DNA of 56,683 bases, counting the filler, from Bipalium vagum (Eukaryota), in assembly GCA_037834085.1 (NCBI GenBank). It is 2 parts of 2 records of this genome, joined end to end, with 100 filler letters (N's around TTAATTAATTAA, not from the genome) between each part and the next. Parts side by side here need not be neighbours in the genome. Positions count along the whole stretch, not along the records: positions 1 to 28,704 come from JBBMKC010047192.1; 1 more part is not named here. One strand, 5' to 3'. Positions 12,801 through 24,529 of the stretch are shown piece after piece; position 1 is the first letter of the stretch; every line of letters begins with the position of its first letter. Under the pieces are notes generated by a model. That model was given only the letters and a program-made list of their open reading frames with translations. It made no database searches and had not been told where the DNA came from. A program made the translations under genes and the position numbers.

Positions 12801-15800
12801 TTATGTGAACTACGAATGGCCCCGAATGTTATCTCATTAACTTTGACTAGTGAAGCGACTTTTTTCACTGTATCGACTACACGTAACAGTTCCTATCTTT
12901 TGGCCAGACCTCACCGCAAATAAATTCCTCCAGAGTTACTATTTCTTGGATCGAAGCACTCAAAATCAACTGCATGGTGAATGATTTGAACTCACCGAAT
13001 TGTCTAACGCTTCGAGGAATCAAGAAATATTGTACAGCCTTTAAACGGCAACTCGGCAATAGACTAGGATCTGATGAACAAATTGATTCTTTCAAGCTGC
13101 CTGTAATATGTTTGATAAAAGCAGTGTAAAATTTTTGAGGAACATGAATGCAAACCTGCGTAAATTCTGGTAAGGTGAAGAGATCTAAGATATGTTTATT
13201 GTTATTTGTTTATTTTCAGCTCATACCCATAACATGTAAAAAGAAAAAAATAAATATATTCATTCGTTTTAGGAAAGATTGGATTTCTAATATGTTGCAT
13301 TTTTGATCGGCACATACTTCACAAAAGAAAAAATTGTTATTTCAATTGGATTCCCTAAAACAAAGAAAAAGTACAAAAATTATAATGATTCCCATATAAT
13401 ATTCTTGAAAATTGATAGATCAATTGATTGGGTCAAAGCATTTCATCTTCAGAACATGATTTAATGTTGTAGCTCGAATGGAAATTGAAGTGAACTAGTT
13501 TCTTTTTATAAAAAGATGAATTTCAATCATAATGTACTTTTGACTTAATTGTGTTCCTGAAACCTTTTAACAGTATGAACACATCTTATAGTATAGACAC
13601 AATCTTTCTATGGTATTGATAGTATATTATTTCTAAAAGAATATTTGTGAATTTGAAAAATATTTATAGTTCATCTTTATTTCAAAAAGGAATAAGCTAA
13701 TTACATTTGGAATGAAATCTTGATTTCGCAACAACTCTATGATGAATATTTTCAGTCGTAGCCCCTCGATCTAGTTCCGATTCCATTGTTATCCGCATAC
13801 TTTTCCCAATTGTTCGATTACCAAAGATAGCTCGGTGATCTTGTTCAATATAAGGTTTAATTCCTTGCAAAAGAAAAGATTGTTTAGCAAAAGTTTGAGA
13901 TGAACTGTCTGAATGTTGAGAAGAAAATCGCAGAGTGATAGTACTTTCAACAGTTACTGGTATAGTTTTTGAGTTACTTGCTATTTCTTCTGCCCCCTGA
14001 ACTTTGCTTAAATTAGTATTAGATTGTCTTTTGTCTGTGAGAGTCAAACTAGGTTTCATCTTTTCCTAAAATAATATATAATTATGTTTCTCGTTCTCGT
14101 TTTATGAACTATTTCAAGACTAAAACATTTTTGTATTTAAATTGAAGTTTTTCATGTAACTCATTAATTTAGTCGAACTATATGTTCTGACTATTGCACA
14201 ATGTACACTACAAATTTCGACAGTATTCATCCATTGATAGATTCAAAGATAATAGGACTAGTCATAATAAGAACAATAATTGAGCATTATAACGCAGAAA
14301 AGAATTATTGTATCATTAAAATAAGGTGAAAATAGAGGCGAAAACTAAAGCAAATCTTATTAAAAGGAATACAAAACTGATTTTTCAAATACAAATATTA
14401 TATTATTTGTGAGCGTTGAAAATGAGCCTTTTTTTATTGGCTTTATTAATAAAAATAAAATATTTGTTTTACTGAATTAATTGTTGTTATTTAGCTTAAA
14501 CATAATTTTTGATCCATCAGGAACGGTTAAAAAAGGGGTCAAACGGTTATAGGAGATTGTATAATAAAAATTGGAAAAGGTCTTTAGAACTTTAGATTAT
14601 AAAACAAATTAGAATAAAAAATTCCAATCTCTTTCATTTCCTTTTCATTTATAAATCTCTTAATTAAAATGGTTACATAATTTTTATTTCTCCTGTTGAA
14701 TTAAAATTAAAATTAATTTAATAATTATTATTTTTTCTACAAATAAATTAGATCCAACGAAGTTGTCAATGACTTTGCCCGATCAAAATATAAAACATTT
14801 CCTTGTTTTATTATATTTATTTTATTTTTACAAAGGTTTTGTAATTATTCCTTTTTTCATATTTATCTAAATTATCATATTCTAAGCTATTTAAAATTGC
14901 ATCTTTTAATCCATTTCCTTTCTTAGGATCAAAGTATAAACTGCTCAAGTTGATAATTCTTTTGGTACATTTTTGGTGTTAAGAGCTTCACTTGATTTCA
15001 GTTTTTTAATTTCCATTTTTAATTTCCTCTTTTCTAAATCTATTTTTTGTGCTTCTTTTACTTTTTCAACAGCTGTTAAAACTCATCCAGCAACTCCACC
15101 AGCTGCACCTAAAACTACAGAAATTACTCTAAGAATTAGAAGTAATGGAAGAACTATACCTTCTCTTTTTTTCTCCTTCTACTTTATAAATTTCCTCTTT
15201 AATATCATTAATTAATTTTTGACTTAAACAATATTATTTATCATTAAATGTTATGTATATTTATATTTCAATTTTTTCACATTGATATTATTTTGAAGTG
15301 AAGGAAATTATTTTTAATAAAAATCTTTTATAAATTTGCTTTGGTTGCTTTTTATTTATTTGATAATAAAGGTAAAAACAGCATAGTCATATTTGTAGAC
15401 CTAATAATTAAACAAATTATTATTAGATTGATGGGTATTTTGTTACAATCTTAAAATATAATATTAAAAATTTATAAAAATCATGAAAAATTAAAAACAA
15501 TAAAAACCAAATTGGGTAAAATTTGTAAAATTAAAATTTTACAAAATTCAAGAAATTCATGGAAAAAATAAAATATTTGATACATAAAAAAACCAATAAT
15601 GAAAAAATAATAATCAATGAAAAACCAATAAACAACAAAAAATCAATAAACAATGAAAAAATTTAAAAATTAAAAATTGAAATTTGAAGAAAAGTGATTG
15701 TAGTGGTAAAATGGATAATTGCGTGGGTATTCAATGTTCGATATTTGATATTGGATTTTGTGATATTGCAGTATTTAGTATTCGGTAATCAATATTCATA

Positions 15801-18800
15801 AATTGGAAAAAATTAAAATTAAAATTGGTTTATTTGATATTCAGTATTCAACATTTGGGTTTGGGTGTTGGTCGCAATTAGCCATTTTCTCACTACTGTC
15901 ATCGGTGTTGAGATCATAGTTTTGGAATCGACGAAAATCAATTTTGCATTTTGCCTTGACGGGGTTTGTTCACTATTAATCTCAGATATACTTTTCTTCG
16001 AATGAAATAATGCAAAATAAAAATCCCGGAAATGATGCTTCGTCTACATAAAGAAAAATCTATTATGAAATCTATTAATCAATAAATATATTTAATAAGC
16101 AAATTTATGTCATATTGATTTGAAATGTCTAATGGTTTCGACCGCCTAGAAATTTGTCGAGGAATTGCTGCAAATGACAAAATCTAAGGTGATAATTACT
16201 TTTCTCTAATCGTAATAATTAATAAATTAGAACATTTTTAATCACATAAATTTATAATAAAAATATCACCATTGAAAATTGATACTTTTGCGAATCGGTT
16301 TTCTCAACTTTAAAATCTTTGGGGAAAATAGGACCTAATTCAGACAAGTAGGAACGATTCTCTGAGATCTGAAAAAGTTTTTAATTGTTTTATTTCTTTA
16401 ATTGGTGATTAAAAAATTTTAATTAATTATTTATTTTGTAATATGTAAATAGACAATTACTGATCGTGAAAATTTTCTAGAACATCTAGAGATGCAAGAT
16501 AAAAATTTTTTCTAATAAAATTTTTAATATACAATAATCTCTACTTTAAAAAAGGTGAGGTTGATAATAAAATTTAACAATTTATGTTTTTTGAATATCG
16601 AATTCTAAAATTTATAAAAGGATCAAGTCAAAACTTTCTGGAACTGAAAAAAATTAAATTTTTATTTAATAATTACAAAATGTTTTAAAACCTGTAATAT
16701 ATACTATTATCCTTCTTCAATACGACATCTACCAAAAGCGATGGTATAGTTTTTAAAAGGTTTTGTATAACTTACAGATTAATAGCTTTAGTATGTCTCT
16801 CAATGGATTTAATGAGGTGACTATTATATTGCATTTCATCATAATGTTTTAATTCCAATAAATGCAAAACATCTTCTATTATGTGCAGATAAAGACTTAT
16901 ACTATTTTTGATGTCAACAAGTCCTAAATAAAAAAATTTTTATCATAAATTCACAGCTGTGAGTTGTATCGACCAAATATTGTTTTATGATAATTTTGTC
17001 CGTTACAAATATAGCACCAAGTACTAATAACAGGTCCACCTCTATCTGACAGTTAATTCAATGAGGATTTGGTGATGAACCTACTGAACTTTCCACATAA
17101 CTGCAAATATTGTCTCGTTCATCAAAGCTAAATCATTTTTCATCTGAAAATATGACCTCTTCAAAATTAGTAAATTTGTATAGGTGACTCTCAGTAAATT
17201 CCATTCGATTTTGACGATGACTAGGAGTTAGTGGCAAAACCTTTTTAAGTTTCAAGTAAAAAAAGTTATTTAATTTCCGCTGAGATTCAATTACATTGAG
17301 ATATAATGATTTTCGTACTTTTTGGTTGTTAACCAAATCTTACAAACCGCTTTATACGCCTTGATTCCTTTGGTGATATACATTTTGGAAGTTTTTAATT
17401 GAAAGAGACATTTGACGATTTTGATTGTGATTTTCCAACGAGTGTAGCGATTGTTTTGCAGTACTCAATAAAGTTTTATCGTGATTGTTTTGATTCAATT
17501 AGAGTGCGAATACAGTTTTTTCATTCAAATTGAGTTTTAATTTGTGCAGCTACAATATTAAAACGAACACGACATTGTGTAGTAATTTACGAGCGAAAGT
17601 TACTTTGATAAGGTATAATAGTAAAATTTATATAAAGAAATAAAACGCCACAGTTCCAGATGTGGATGAGCTACTTAAATAGTTTGTATATGGAGTTGAT
17701 AGGTATATGGATTGATAGACAGGGTGATAATCACAAAAATGTTGATGTGATTTGAAGAGTTACATGCAAAATGTGGAGTCAATGTAAAATGCATCACAAA
17801 GATCTGAAAACAGAGAAAATAAAAGAACCGGCAGATTTATCAGATAATGAAAATAGGTAGATGTAAATGGCAAGACGGTGTAGCAGAAATTGAGATGATA
17901 AAAAATATATATTCTGGAAGAAAATATTAAGAAATTTTGAGTGGAAAACGACAAAGTGAAAACAGGAAAAAAGATTTGAATTAAAAAGAAACGAAATGTA
18001 TGCCTTATAAACACAATCGAGAAGAGAAAAAAATATCAGATACATTACCATTAAGCAGAGCTGAATAAGATCACGAAAGAGGTAATAAAACAAAATGTGC
18101 TTTATCAAAATATTGAAGTAAACATCACAGCAATGAAAAATTCTACAATTAACTTAGAAATCAAAAGACAATGAAAGATATGTAGGCTCATACAAGATTA
18201 TTGTAAAAAATCTGTGGAAAAGCAATAGACTGCAATTTAGAAAAGTTTAAAAGATTCTTTAATGATGAGGGATATAAAGATTAGCTTTAATTACTATTAA
18301 ATAATAAAATATTTTTGAAAAAACTTTTAAAGTAATATATTAAAATTTAATTTTTAATGTAAAACGATGTTTGAAATAACTTTCAATAAATTTAAAGTTT
18401 TCTGTTAAAAGTAAATAAAATTAATATTAATTTTTAGATCATTAATAAAAATAAATACTCATTCAATTATTTTCATAAAATAAATATTATACTTAATCTT
18501 TAACATGCCGCTAATTACAAATAATTAAATATGCAATGATCCTGTGCCATCTAAATATATGGGTACCAAATCAAATGAACCACAGCCATAAAGTTCGTTA
18601 TGAGATTCGCTCCTCAATCCTTAAAAGACCGAAAGCGATTGTATCGTGACATGTTTTGTGAAGTGGGTTCTTTATGGCAAGTTAACGTTATCCAATAAAC
18701 AATTGGACAGAGATAGGTTTCCGAAATAATTCTCAAAGAATTATTATTATTATTTGGTGTATTATTAATTTCACCAAAATAGATCATCTTCACTGTTTTT

Positions 18801-20000
18801 GGTATCTCATTCACTATAACTCCCAGAATATATGTGAAACCATTTCAGAGGTTTATTGCCAAAATCTCGAAGAAATATACCTGAAACTTAAAAGTCTTTA
18901 TCCTGCACTGTTCTGCAGAAAGGGCTCAGTCTTTTAGATTAGAACATGTTAGAAATACCTTTGAGTTTTCATGAAGTCCAGAACTCCAGACCTTTATTTT
19001 ATCGGAATAAATAATTTTATCTGTCCTTGGTAATAATGCAATGAATCTACGCAATCTTGATGAAAAAAGTTTATTTTTGATAGATTTATATTGTTTTCAA
19101 GTTTATATATTAAACCTGCATTAATTAGGCACCAATCTGATACTAATAAATTATTATAATAAAATTTCATCAGTTTTCTTATAATTAACAATCTTACATT
19201 ATTTTTATTTAAATTACATATGACATACTTCATAAATAGATCCGACTTTCTTTACAAAAGAATCATATGCCTTTTGAAATATCAGAGCTTTGTATTTATC
19301 AATACCAGGACTGTAAATTGGCTTAAAGAGCATTCCAAAAAAACAGACGTGTAGAATAATGCCAGAAAGAATTAATAGTGCTCCTTTTAGAGTATATTCA
19401 TCGCACATATATCCTATTAAAGGAGAAAAAACAATTGCTCCAATTCCGGAACCGGACACGGCTATTCCTTATAAAATAACCTCAAAGTAGAATTCATTAT
19501 TAATTACCTGTTGCCAAAGCCCGTTTTTTATCAAAATACCTCGAAACCATTACAATGCTCGGTATATATATGAAACTTAATCCCACTGGTGCAATGATAC
19601 TTAAAGGGACAAATAATGCATTAAATGTTTTTGTAAAAGACGATAAGAAGAATCCCAGGTGAGTTAAATAACCTCCAATGACGGCTATTTTTTTACATGA
19701 ATATTTTTCAGTCAGTAATGAAGTCACTGGTCCAAATAATAATGGTATTCCATTGAATAAAGAAGTGATAAGTGATGTTTTAAAATGACTCTGTTCATAA
19801 TTCATAATCAATTCAGAAAATATAATTCCAAAAGAAAAAGTAAGACCATCGGCAATAACATTGTTGCAAAATGCGGCTAGTACAATTATCCAACCATAAC
19901 CGCCATCTGGGGGTAGTGGATGTTCATATAAATCTATAGTTGACAGTGAAAGTGTATTTACAGTGTCTCTTTTTTTATTCTCATTAACTACTTCGCCCAT
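6846..20000 (-). CDS. SLC16/monocarboxylate-transporter-like MFS protein, ~456 aa, 4 exons (20000-19508, 19467-19218, 7523-7069, 7018-6846)
   Basis: PPDGGYGWIIV N-terminal SLC16 motif, YFDKKRALATGIAVSGSGIG after TM4, C-half LVDTFGLEQLTSTYG...QGIGCLIGPGISGFLRD. Phases join in frame across an 11,694-bp intron (7524-19217); that junction is inferred from phase and splice consensus. Confidence 0.88.
8320..9380 (+). mobile_element. Decayed mariner transposon
   Basis: SVFWDAKGVIKIDF, MDNAPVHT and HLPYSPDLASSDFFLF motifs with many stops and frameshifts. Confidence 0.88.
10668..10700 (+). mobile_element. Orphan Tc1-like terminal sequence
   Basis: TA-CAGTCGTGGCCATAATT resembles a Tc1 TIR start; no partner TIR found in the window. 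Confidence 0.4.
11000..11415 (+). mobile_element. LTR-retrotransposon gag-like fragment
   Basis: DPLRNGDDIGSFIRRCQRYFDI...LEELIAYRRGNEEIESFFRKVRSLV resembles a Ty3/gypsy capsid region; frameshifted. Confidence 0.55.
11420..12130 (+). mobile_element. LTR-end/PBS and leader-like fragment with three degenerate ~43-bp tandem repeats (11844-11962)
   Basis: CTAACA|TGGCGACCAC at ~11451 looks like an LTR end plus tRNA primer-binding site; TGAATCAAAAC...CTTTAT repeated three times. Confidence 0.4.
12221..12630 (-). mobile_element. Solo-LTR-like element (~410 bp)
   Basis: TGTAAC...GTTACT termini, GC-richer than the flanks, minus-strand TATA-like CTATATAAAG near 12470, diverged second copy at ~21345-21522. 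Confidence 0.6.
12631..14310 (-). pseudogene. Unidentified intron-containing pseudogene nested in the MCT intron
   Basis: Exon-like open stretches (14065-13700, 13345-13227, 13184-12880) bounded by short GT-AG introns like those of the host genes (e.g. ATGG|gtatgag...tcttag|ATCTC), with in-frame stops and a frameshift. Confidence 0.5.
14770..15215 (-). mobile_element. Polinton/Maverick (adintovirus-like) pX-like gene relic
   Basis: KREGIVLPLLLILRVISVVLGAAGGVAG*VLTAVEKVKEAQKIDLEKRKLKME...LYFDPKKGNGL...KQGNVLYF matches, from memory, the GG(F/I)LPLI..ALGA.AGG.AG..KAV...LEE..RHN..ME..GLYL pattern of Polinton proteins. Stops and frameshift present. Confidence 0.6.
16700..17600 (-). mobile_element. 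Decayed Tc1-like transposon
   Basis: KKVLPLTPSHRQNRMEF...FEEVIFSDEK plus a degenerate SPDLNPIE-like motif near 16880. Confidence 0.8.
17660..18250 (+). mobile_element. Ty3/gypsy pol fragment (end of RNase H and linker)
   Basis: RQGDNHKNVDVI*RVTCKMWSQC resembles the R.G..H.NADALSR motif. Confidence 0.55.
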
Positions 20001-20564
20001 ATTTTTATTGCTTATAATATGTCAATAATTGATCCATAATATATATTTTCATTTACTGTGCTTTATAATTAAATTATTGTAATTAACTTTTATTCAAAAT
20101 TTTGCATACAATAAATTAAAATTAAAATATTTAATTATAATCATGATATTAAATTGTACGATAATATTTTCAATTAATCAGGTAGTGCACTGACAAGCCA
20201 TTGTTGTTTACTTTCCATGTTTGAATGTTTAACTCTTATTATCGTTCTTAAACTAATAATGATTCACAAAATCTTTCATCATTATTATCAATATCCCTCA
20301 TAAGACGTCTACATTATTTTGCACTAACTTTAACTTTCCTACTATAAGTTTTCGTGCAAATCAAGTCATTGAATGATATGAGACTACCGAGTTTTTGTAA
20401 TAAAGTTTCAACATACACTCTTTGATAAAATTATTTACCCACTGTGTATTCGAATGAATATTACGTTTTACTTTGCCTTAATCATGCTTCATAATAAATA
20501 TATAAGATTTAACTAATATTACTTTATTTATTCAAACATAAAAAATACAAAAATAAAATAACAG

Positions 20565-20775
20565 TTAATACTTGGTGTCCACGCTTCATTAATCCTTCTA
20601 GGCATAGTATCCACTAAACGATCCAGATAAGCCTGTAAAATTTTAAGCCATTCTTCAAGAATAAATTGCCTTAATTGTTCCAAGTAAATAGATAGTATGT
20701 CCCGGGAGTTAATTTGTTGACCTTCAGAATCCCAGACATTTTCAATGGGGTTATGGTCTGGCGATGTATTAGTTG
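20565..20775 (-). mobile_element. Tc1 transposase C-terminal fragment
   Basis: SPDHNPIENVW...EEWLKILQAYLDRLVDTMPRRI. Confidence 0.85.
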
Positions 20776-21179
20776 AATATATATCTTCATTAAAATTCGA
20801 CTATTCTTCATGTACTTGAAACTAAAACCTTTAAGAAATTTATTTTAATTCTGTCAGATAAAGTATCATTATATATAAAAACCCATTAAATTTAAACTCA
20901 AAGGAAAAAAGTTATTAAGGGTTAAAATGTTAACAAATAAATATAAAAGTAATTATTTTATTGTAATCATGAATGTGGGTAGACGTTTTTTATGCAATGA
21001 GATAGAGAATTACTAGGTCTACAACCTTGATTTTGCTGCTTTTAGTTTTTATAATTTTTATTAGTTATAATTTAAATGTAAATTATATTGTTGTCTAAGT
21101 AATATACATTTTAAGTGCTAATTATAATAATATAAGAATTTATAAACACGTTTTAAAATAATTTTCATTTTAACACAAG

Positions 21180-21342
21180 GAATATATACCTAAAAAACAG
21201 CGTATGTAAAAAGTTTTGCTTTTCCTATTTATTTAAAGAAAAATACTAGTGATGCTCATAAATTAATGTTAGAGGCATTTGTCGAACTGGTTTAACTGTT
21301 TCAAGGAAGGTAACTTTTATTTAAACGAAAAACCCCACGGGA
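21180..21342 (+). mobile_element. mariner 5' fragment, followed directly by an LTR-like fragment
   Basis: LKKNTSDAHKLMLEAF...WF..FK.GNF HTH-region motifs. Confidence 0.6.
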
Positions 21343-21344
21343 AT

Positions 21345-21522
21345 TTTTTTATATAGTCATAAAAATTAGTCTACGATCACTAATCTCTACGCTTAGTAAC
21401 TACTATTTCCTTCAATAGCCGATTAATTCTAACTTAATTTCCACGCTGAGATAAAGTGAAAATTATTTTTATTATTCTTAAAAAGAAATAATTAATAATC
21501 CCGACGACGGGAGGCATTGTAA
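21345..21522 (-). mobile_element. Diverged partial copy of the 12221-12630 LTR-like element
   Basis: Shared blocks TTTATATAGT, CTACGATCAC, TTCTAACTT..GAGATAAAGT and CCGACGACGG in the same order. Confidence 0.7.
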
Positions 21523-21640
21523 AAAAGTAATTCTTATTATTCCAATATATTAAAATGTTATCGGCAAGATCTCCCTTTTAAAATTTTTTAAATCTTCAAT
21601 TAAAAAGTTTGTCTTATATGTTATTATTATTATTAGTATT

Positions 21641-22275
21641 ACAGTGGGATCTCTCAAAAGTGACCACTTTTTAAAGTACTTCTCACATTTTGAGAGGTGG
21701 TCAATTTTCTGAAAAAAATGTAAAGAATAATAAATTTAAAAGCAAAATTGGCATGTCAAACATTTATTTCAATAAATATCTTAATATATTTATTACTGTA
21801 TTCTGAAAACATGAACCTATCCATTAATAATTTTTTGTAGTTATCCTTAAAATTTTTTATTACGCCAGCATCCAATGGTTGAATAAGACTGATGGTGTTA
21901 GCAGATAAAAATATCAATTTGACATTAGATAACTCTTCTTTTGTCATCCACGCATTCTTCTTACCTTCATGAAAAATGCCAAGGTCTTCTAAATTCAAAT
22001 TTTTAAAAACTCTCTGTTTCTTGGATATGCCAATAAACAATGTTGGTAATTTTTCAACGTCTTTTGAGCAGCATAGTAATATAAAATTTTTTCCTTCGAT
22101 TGCTTCAAACTTTTTACATTTACATTTTTTCTTTTGTTGGCCATCTTTTTATAAAACAAGGCAATCTCGTCACAATTAAAAATGTTTTTGAGTCATATGT
22201 CTCATAAATTTCAGTTATGGTATCTAAAAAATATTTTGCACCAACATAATTTGCAGAGGCTGCTTTTCTGACTAC
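21641..22275 (-). mobile_element. pogo/Tigger (DDE_1) transposon fragment
   Basis: KKNAWMT and LSANTISLIQPLDAGVIKNFK; TIR-like TA-CAGTGGGATCTCTCAAAAGTGACCAC at 21640. Confidence 0.85.
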
Positions 22276-22543
22276 TTATTATTATTAAGTATTATTATTT
22301 TTTGTATTATTTGTTTATTATATTATATTTATATTTTATATTATATATATTTATATTATTTATTTCTATATTTTTTGAAAATAATTTACTTAAAAAAACT
22401 GGATGAAATTTTATATTTATATATTTATATTTAAACCGTAATATTTATGTTATTTGAAATTTTAAAAACTTTTTGAATATTTGGTTTTATTATTCACAGT
22501 TTATTCTATTCTATTAAAATAAAGATTTTAATATTTTAAACTT

Positions 22544-22843
22544 TTAATAATACACCCAATCTGGAAGTGAAATACAATCATCAGTGATGATAAATGTGGG
22601 GCCACAATCAAACGATTTACTAAAAATGTTACTTTTCTTTTTTATATATTTTATTTCTGTATTTTTACTGGTGCTCTTTATTTCTTGATATGTTCTCTTA
22701 AGAGATTTATTTTTATTTTCTCTTATATCAATTTTACGAAACCTTTTCTTTACAATATGTTCTGTATTACTTGAACATTCAACTTCACAATACTTTCTTT
22801 TAACTGTTTGTTTATTATTATGTTTATTAATTTTGTTCATCAT
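22544..22843 (-). CDS. Hypothetical small basic protein (99 aa, intronless)
   Basis: Uninterrupted ATG-to-stop ORF amid very AT-rich, stop-dense DNA; Lys/Arg-rich with KRKY..E and KRTY.E repeats; no recognised family. Confidence 0.35.
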   Translation of the reverse strand: MMNKINKHNNKQTVKRKYCEVECSSNTEHIVKKRFRKIDIRENKNKSLKRTYQEIKSTSKNTEIKYIKKKSNIFSKSFDCGPTFIITDDCISLPDWVYY

Positions 22844-23230
22844 ATTTTAATTTGTTAACTTTATTTTAAATAAAATAATTAAATGAAGACAAATATATTA
22901 TTGTCAATAATTTAAATAAAATTAATTGGATAAAAATATTTTAAAAATATAATTAATTAAAAATAATTAAAATAATTATTTTAATATATATTGTTTCAGA
23001 TTTGTTAAAGTTATTAAATATCTCTTATGATTTATAAAGGTCTTCAGTCCCTTTGGCCATTTTGCAAAACCACTCAAAAATCTTTAATATATTAAAAATA
23101 GACAATTAATATATTGTGTATAAAAAGACTAATATTTATGATTAACCTTAAAAGGTTAAGACTAAATTTTCTTATTTTTGTAACTTAAAAATGCTGAAAA
23201 TCAATAAAATGTCCAAGTACATAACTTTGG

Positions 23231-23444
23231 CAACAGATTCGAGAAAGCGCCGAAACATTGATCGTCGTTCTGTACCGCAATGAAGACAAGCAAGTTATTC
23301 GCCGTTATTTACCGCCTGACAAGCCAAAAGCAAAAAAACATTCTTTACAAACGACTGTTTGAAAAACTTGGTAAGACCGACGGCGAATGAAGTCAAAAAA
23401 ACTAAAACCTTTGTTAGAGTAAAATTTTCTTCAACCAAATTCTG
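23231..23444 (+). pseudogene. CEP104: Decayed duplicate of an internal CEP104 (TOG-domain) exon
   Basis: QIRESAETLIVVLYRNEDKQVIRRYLPPDKPKAKK/NILYKRLFEKLGKTDG resembles the vertebrate CEP104 segment VRETA...YLPPD...NILYKTIFEGFAKIDG as recalled. Frameshift in the A-run at ~23332-23338, TGA at 23388, relict donor GTAAGT at 23445. Confidence 0.72.
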
Positions 23445-24529
23445 GTAAGTCTCAAAATTAATCATAAAATTTTGATTTAAGTTTATTCTCTAATTTAATT
23501 TTTATATAATATTTGAGAAGCATTAAATACATACAGTAGGTATGGAGTTATCCCAAATAGCTATAACAATACTCTAGAACTCCGGATTACTATATTATAT
23601 TAAACATATTTTTTTCTACATGCAAAATTCCACAGACAGTAAAAAATTTACTCTTAATTAATGAACTTTATTATAAAACAAATTATTTTCTTTTAAATTG
23701 AAACAGTAAAAATCGAAAATTACTAAATTCTCTTTTCATTTTAATTTTTATTAAATATATGCCTAAAATATCATTAATTTATTACATAGAATTTTATTTA
23801 TATTTTCTTGTTCTTTTGATTTTTGGTGGTACATGCTGGTATTTTTAAATTTTATTATTATGATCATGATGATTATTATTATTATTTTACATACATCCAG
23901 GATTGGTTTAATAATTTATTATTTACAACACACTAAAACAAAACGTATATTTATTTATAAACATCCAAAAATTTCTTTTAAGTGAAAACTGTAACGATCA
24001 AGATTTCCGTCTAGTTCCATAAACAGTACAGAATGGCACACGAATATCAAGTAAGATCAATGCTGATTTATTTTCCTTTTGCTCTGGGCAATTGAGACTT
24101 CCGATTATTGTTATTATTATTATTGGGTTTTGGAACATTAGAATTTGAGGCGACTAAAATAATAAAACTTTTTTATCTAAAATTCAAATATCAATAAATG
24201 CCTAAATATTTGTACTTAGAAATTTAAAAACAAAGTTATAAAGTATTATTATAATGAGACACTGATATGCTATTATTATTTTTGTGATTTTGTATTAAAC
24301 TCATTAAAAATATTATTAATAAAAATAATAATAAAAAAAGAAAAAATAATATTAATAATAATAGTAAAAATGATATCGAAAATTTTTTTATACAATTATT
24401 GATAATATATGTTGTACATTGGTCTTAAGGTACGTTTTTGAGTATCTCGATGTTCTTTATTTTTCGTTAGGAAAGTGTATAGAAAGTAAAAATTTATGAC
24501 TTAATTAACCTAACTGTTGTGATATTTGA

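Noticed and set aside
13697-14059. 120-aa ORF as the cytoplasmic-loop exon of the MCT gene
   Set aside because: The MCT joins in frame without it, and it has its own neighbouring decayed exons, so it is treated as part of the nested pseudogene.
14973-15215. Plus-strand 80-aa ORF
   Set aside because: Antisense to the stop-interrupted Polinton-like frame.
17760-18108. Hydrophobic minus-strand ORFs that look like membrane proteins
   Set aside because: Antisense of A-rich gypsy pol sequence; the Phe/Leu richness is compositional.
18530-19200. Possible extra MCT exons or a pogo relic
   Set aside because: Stops in all frames and only a weak NLDEKSLF hint; cannot be assigned.
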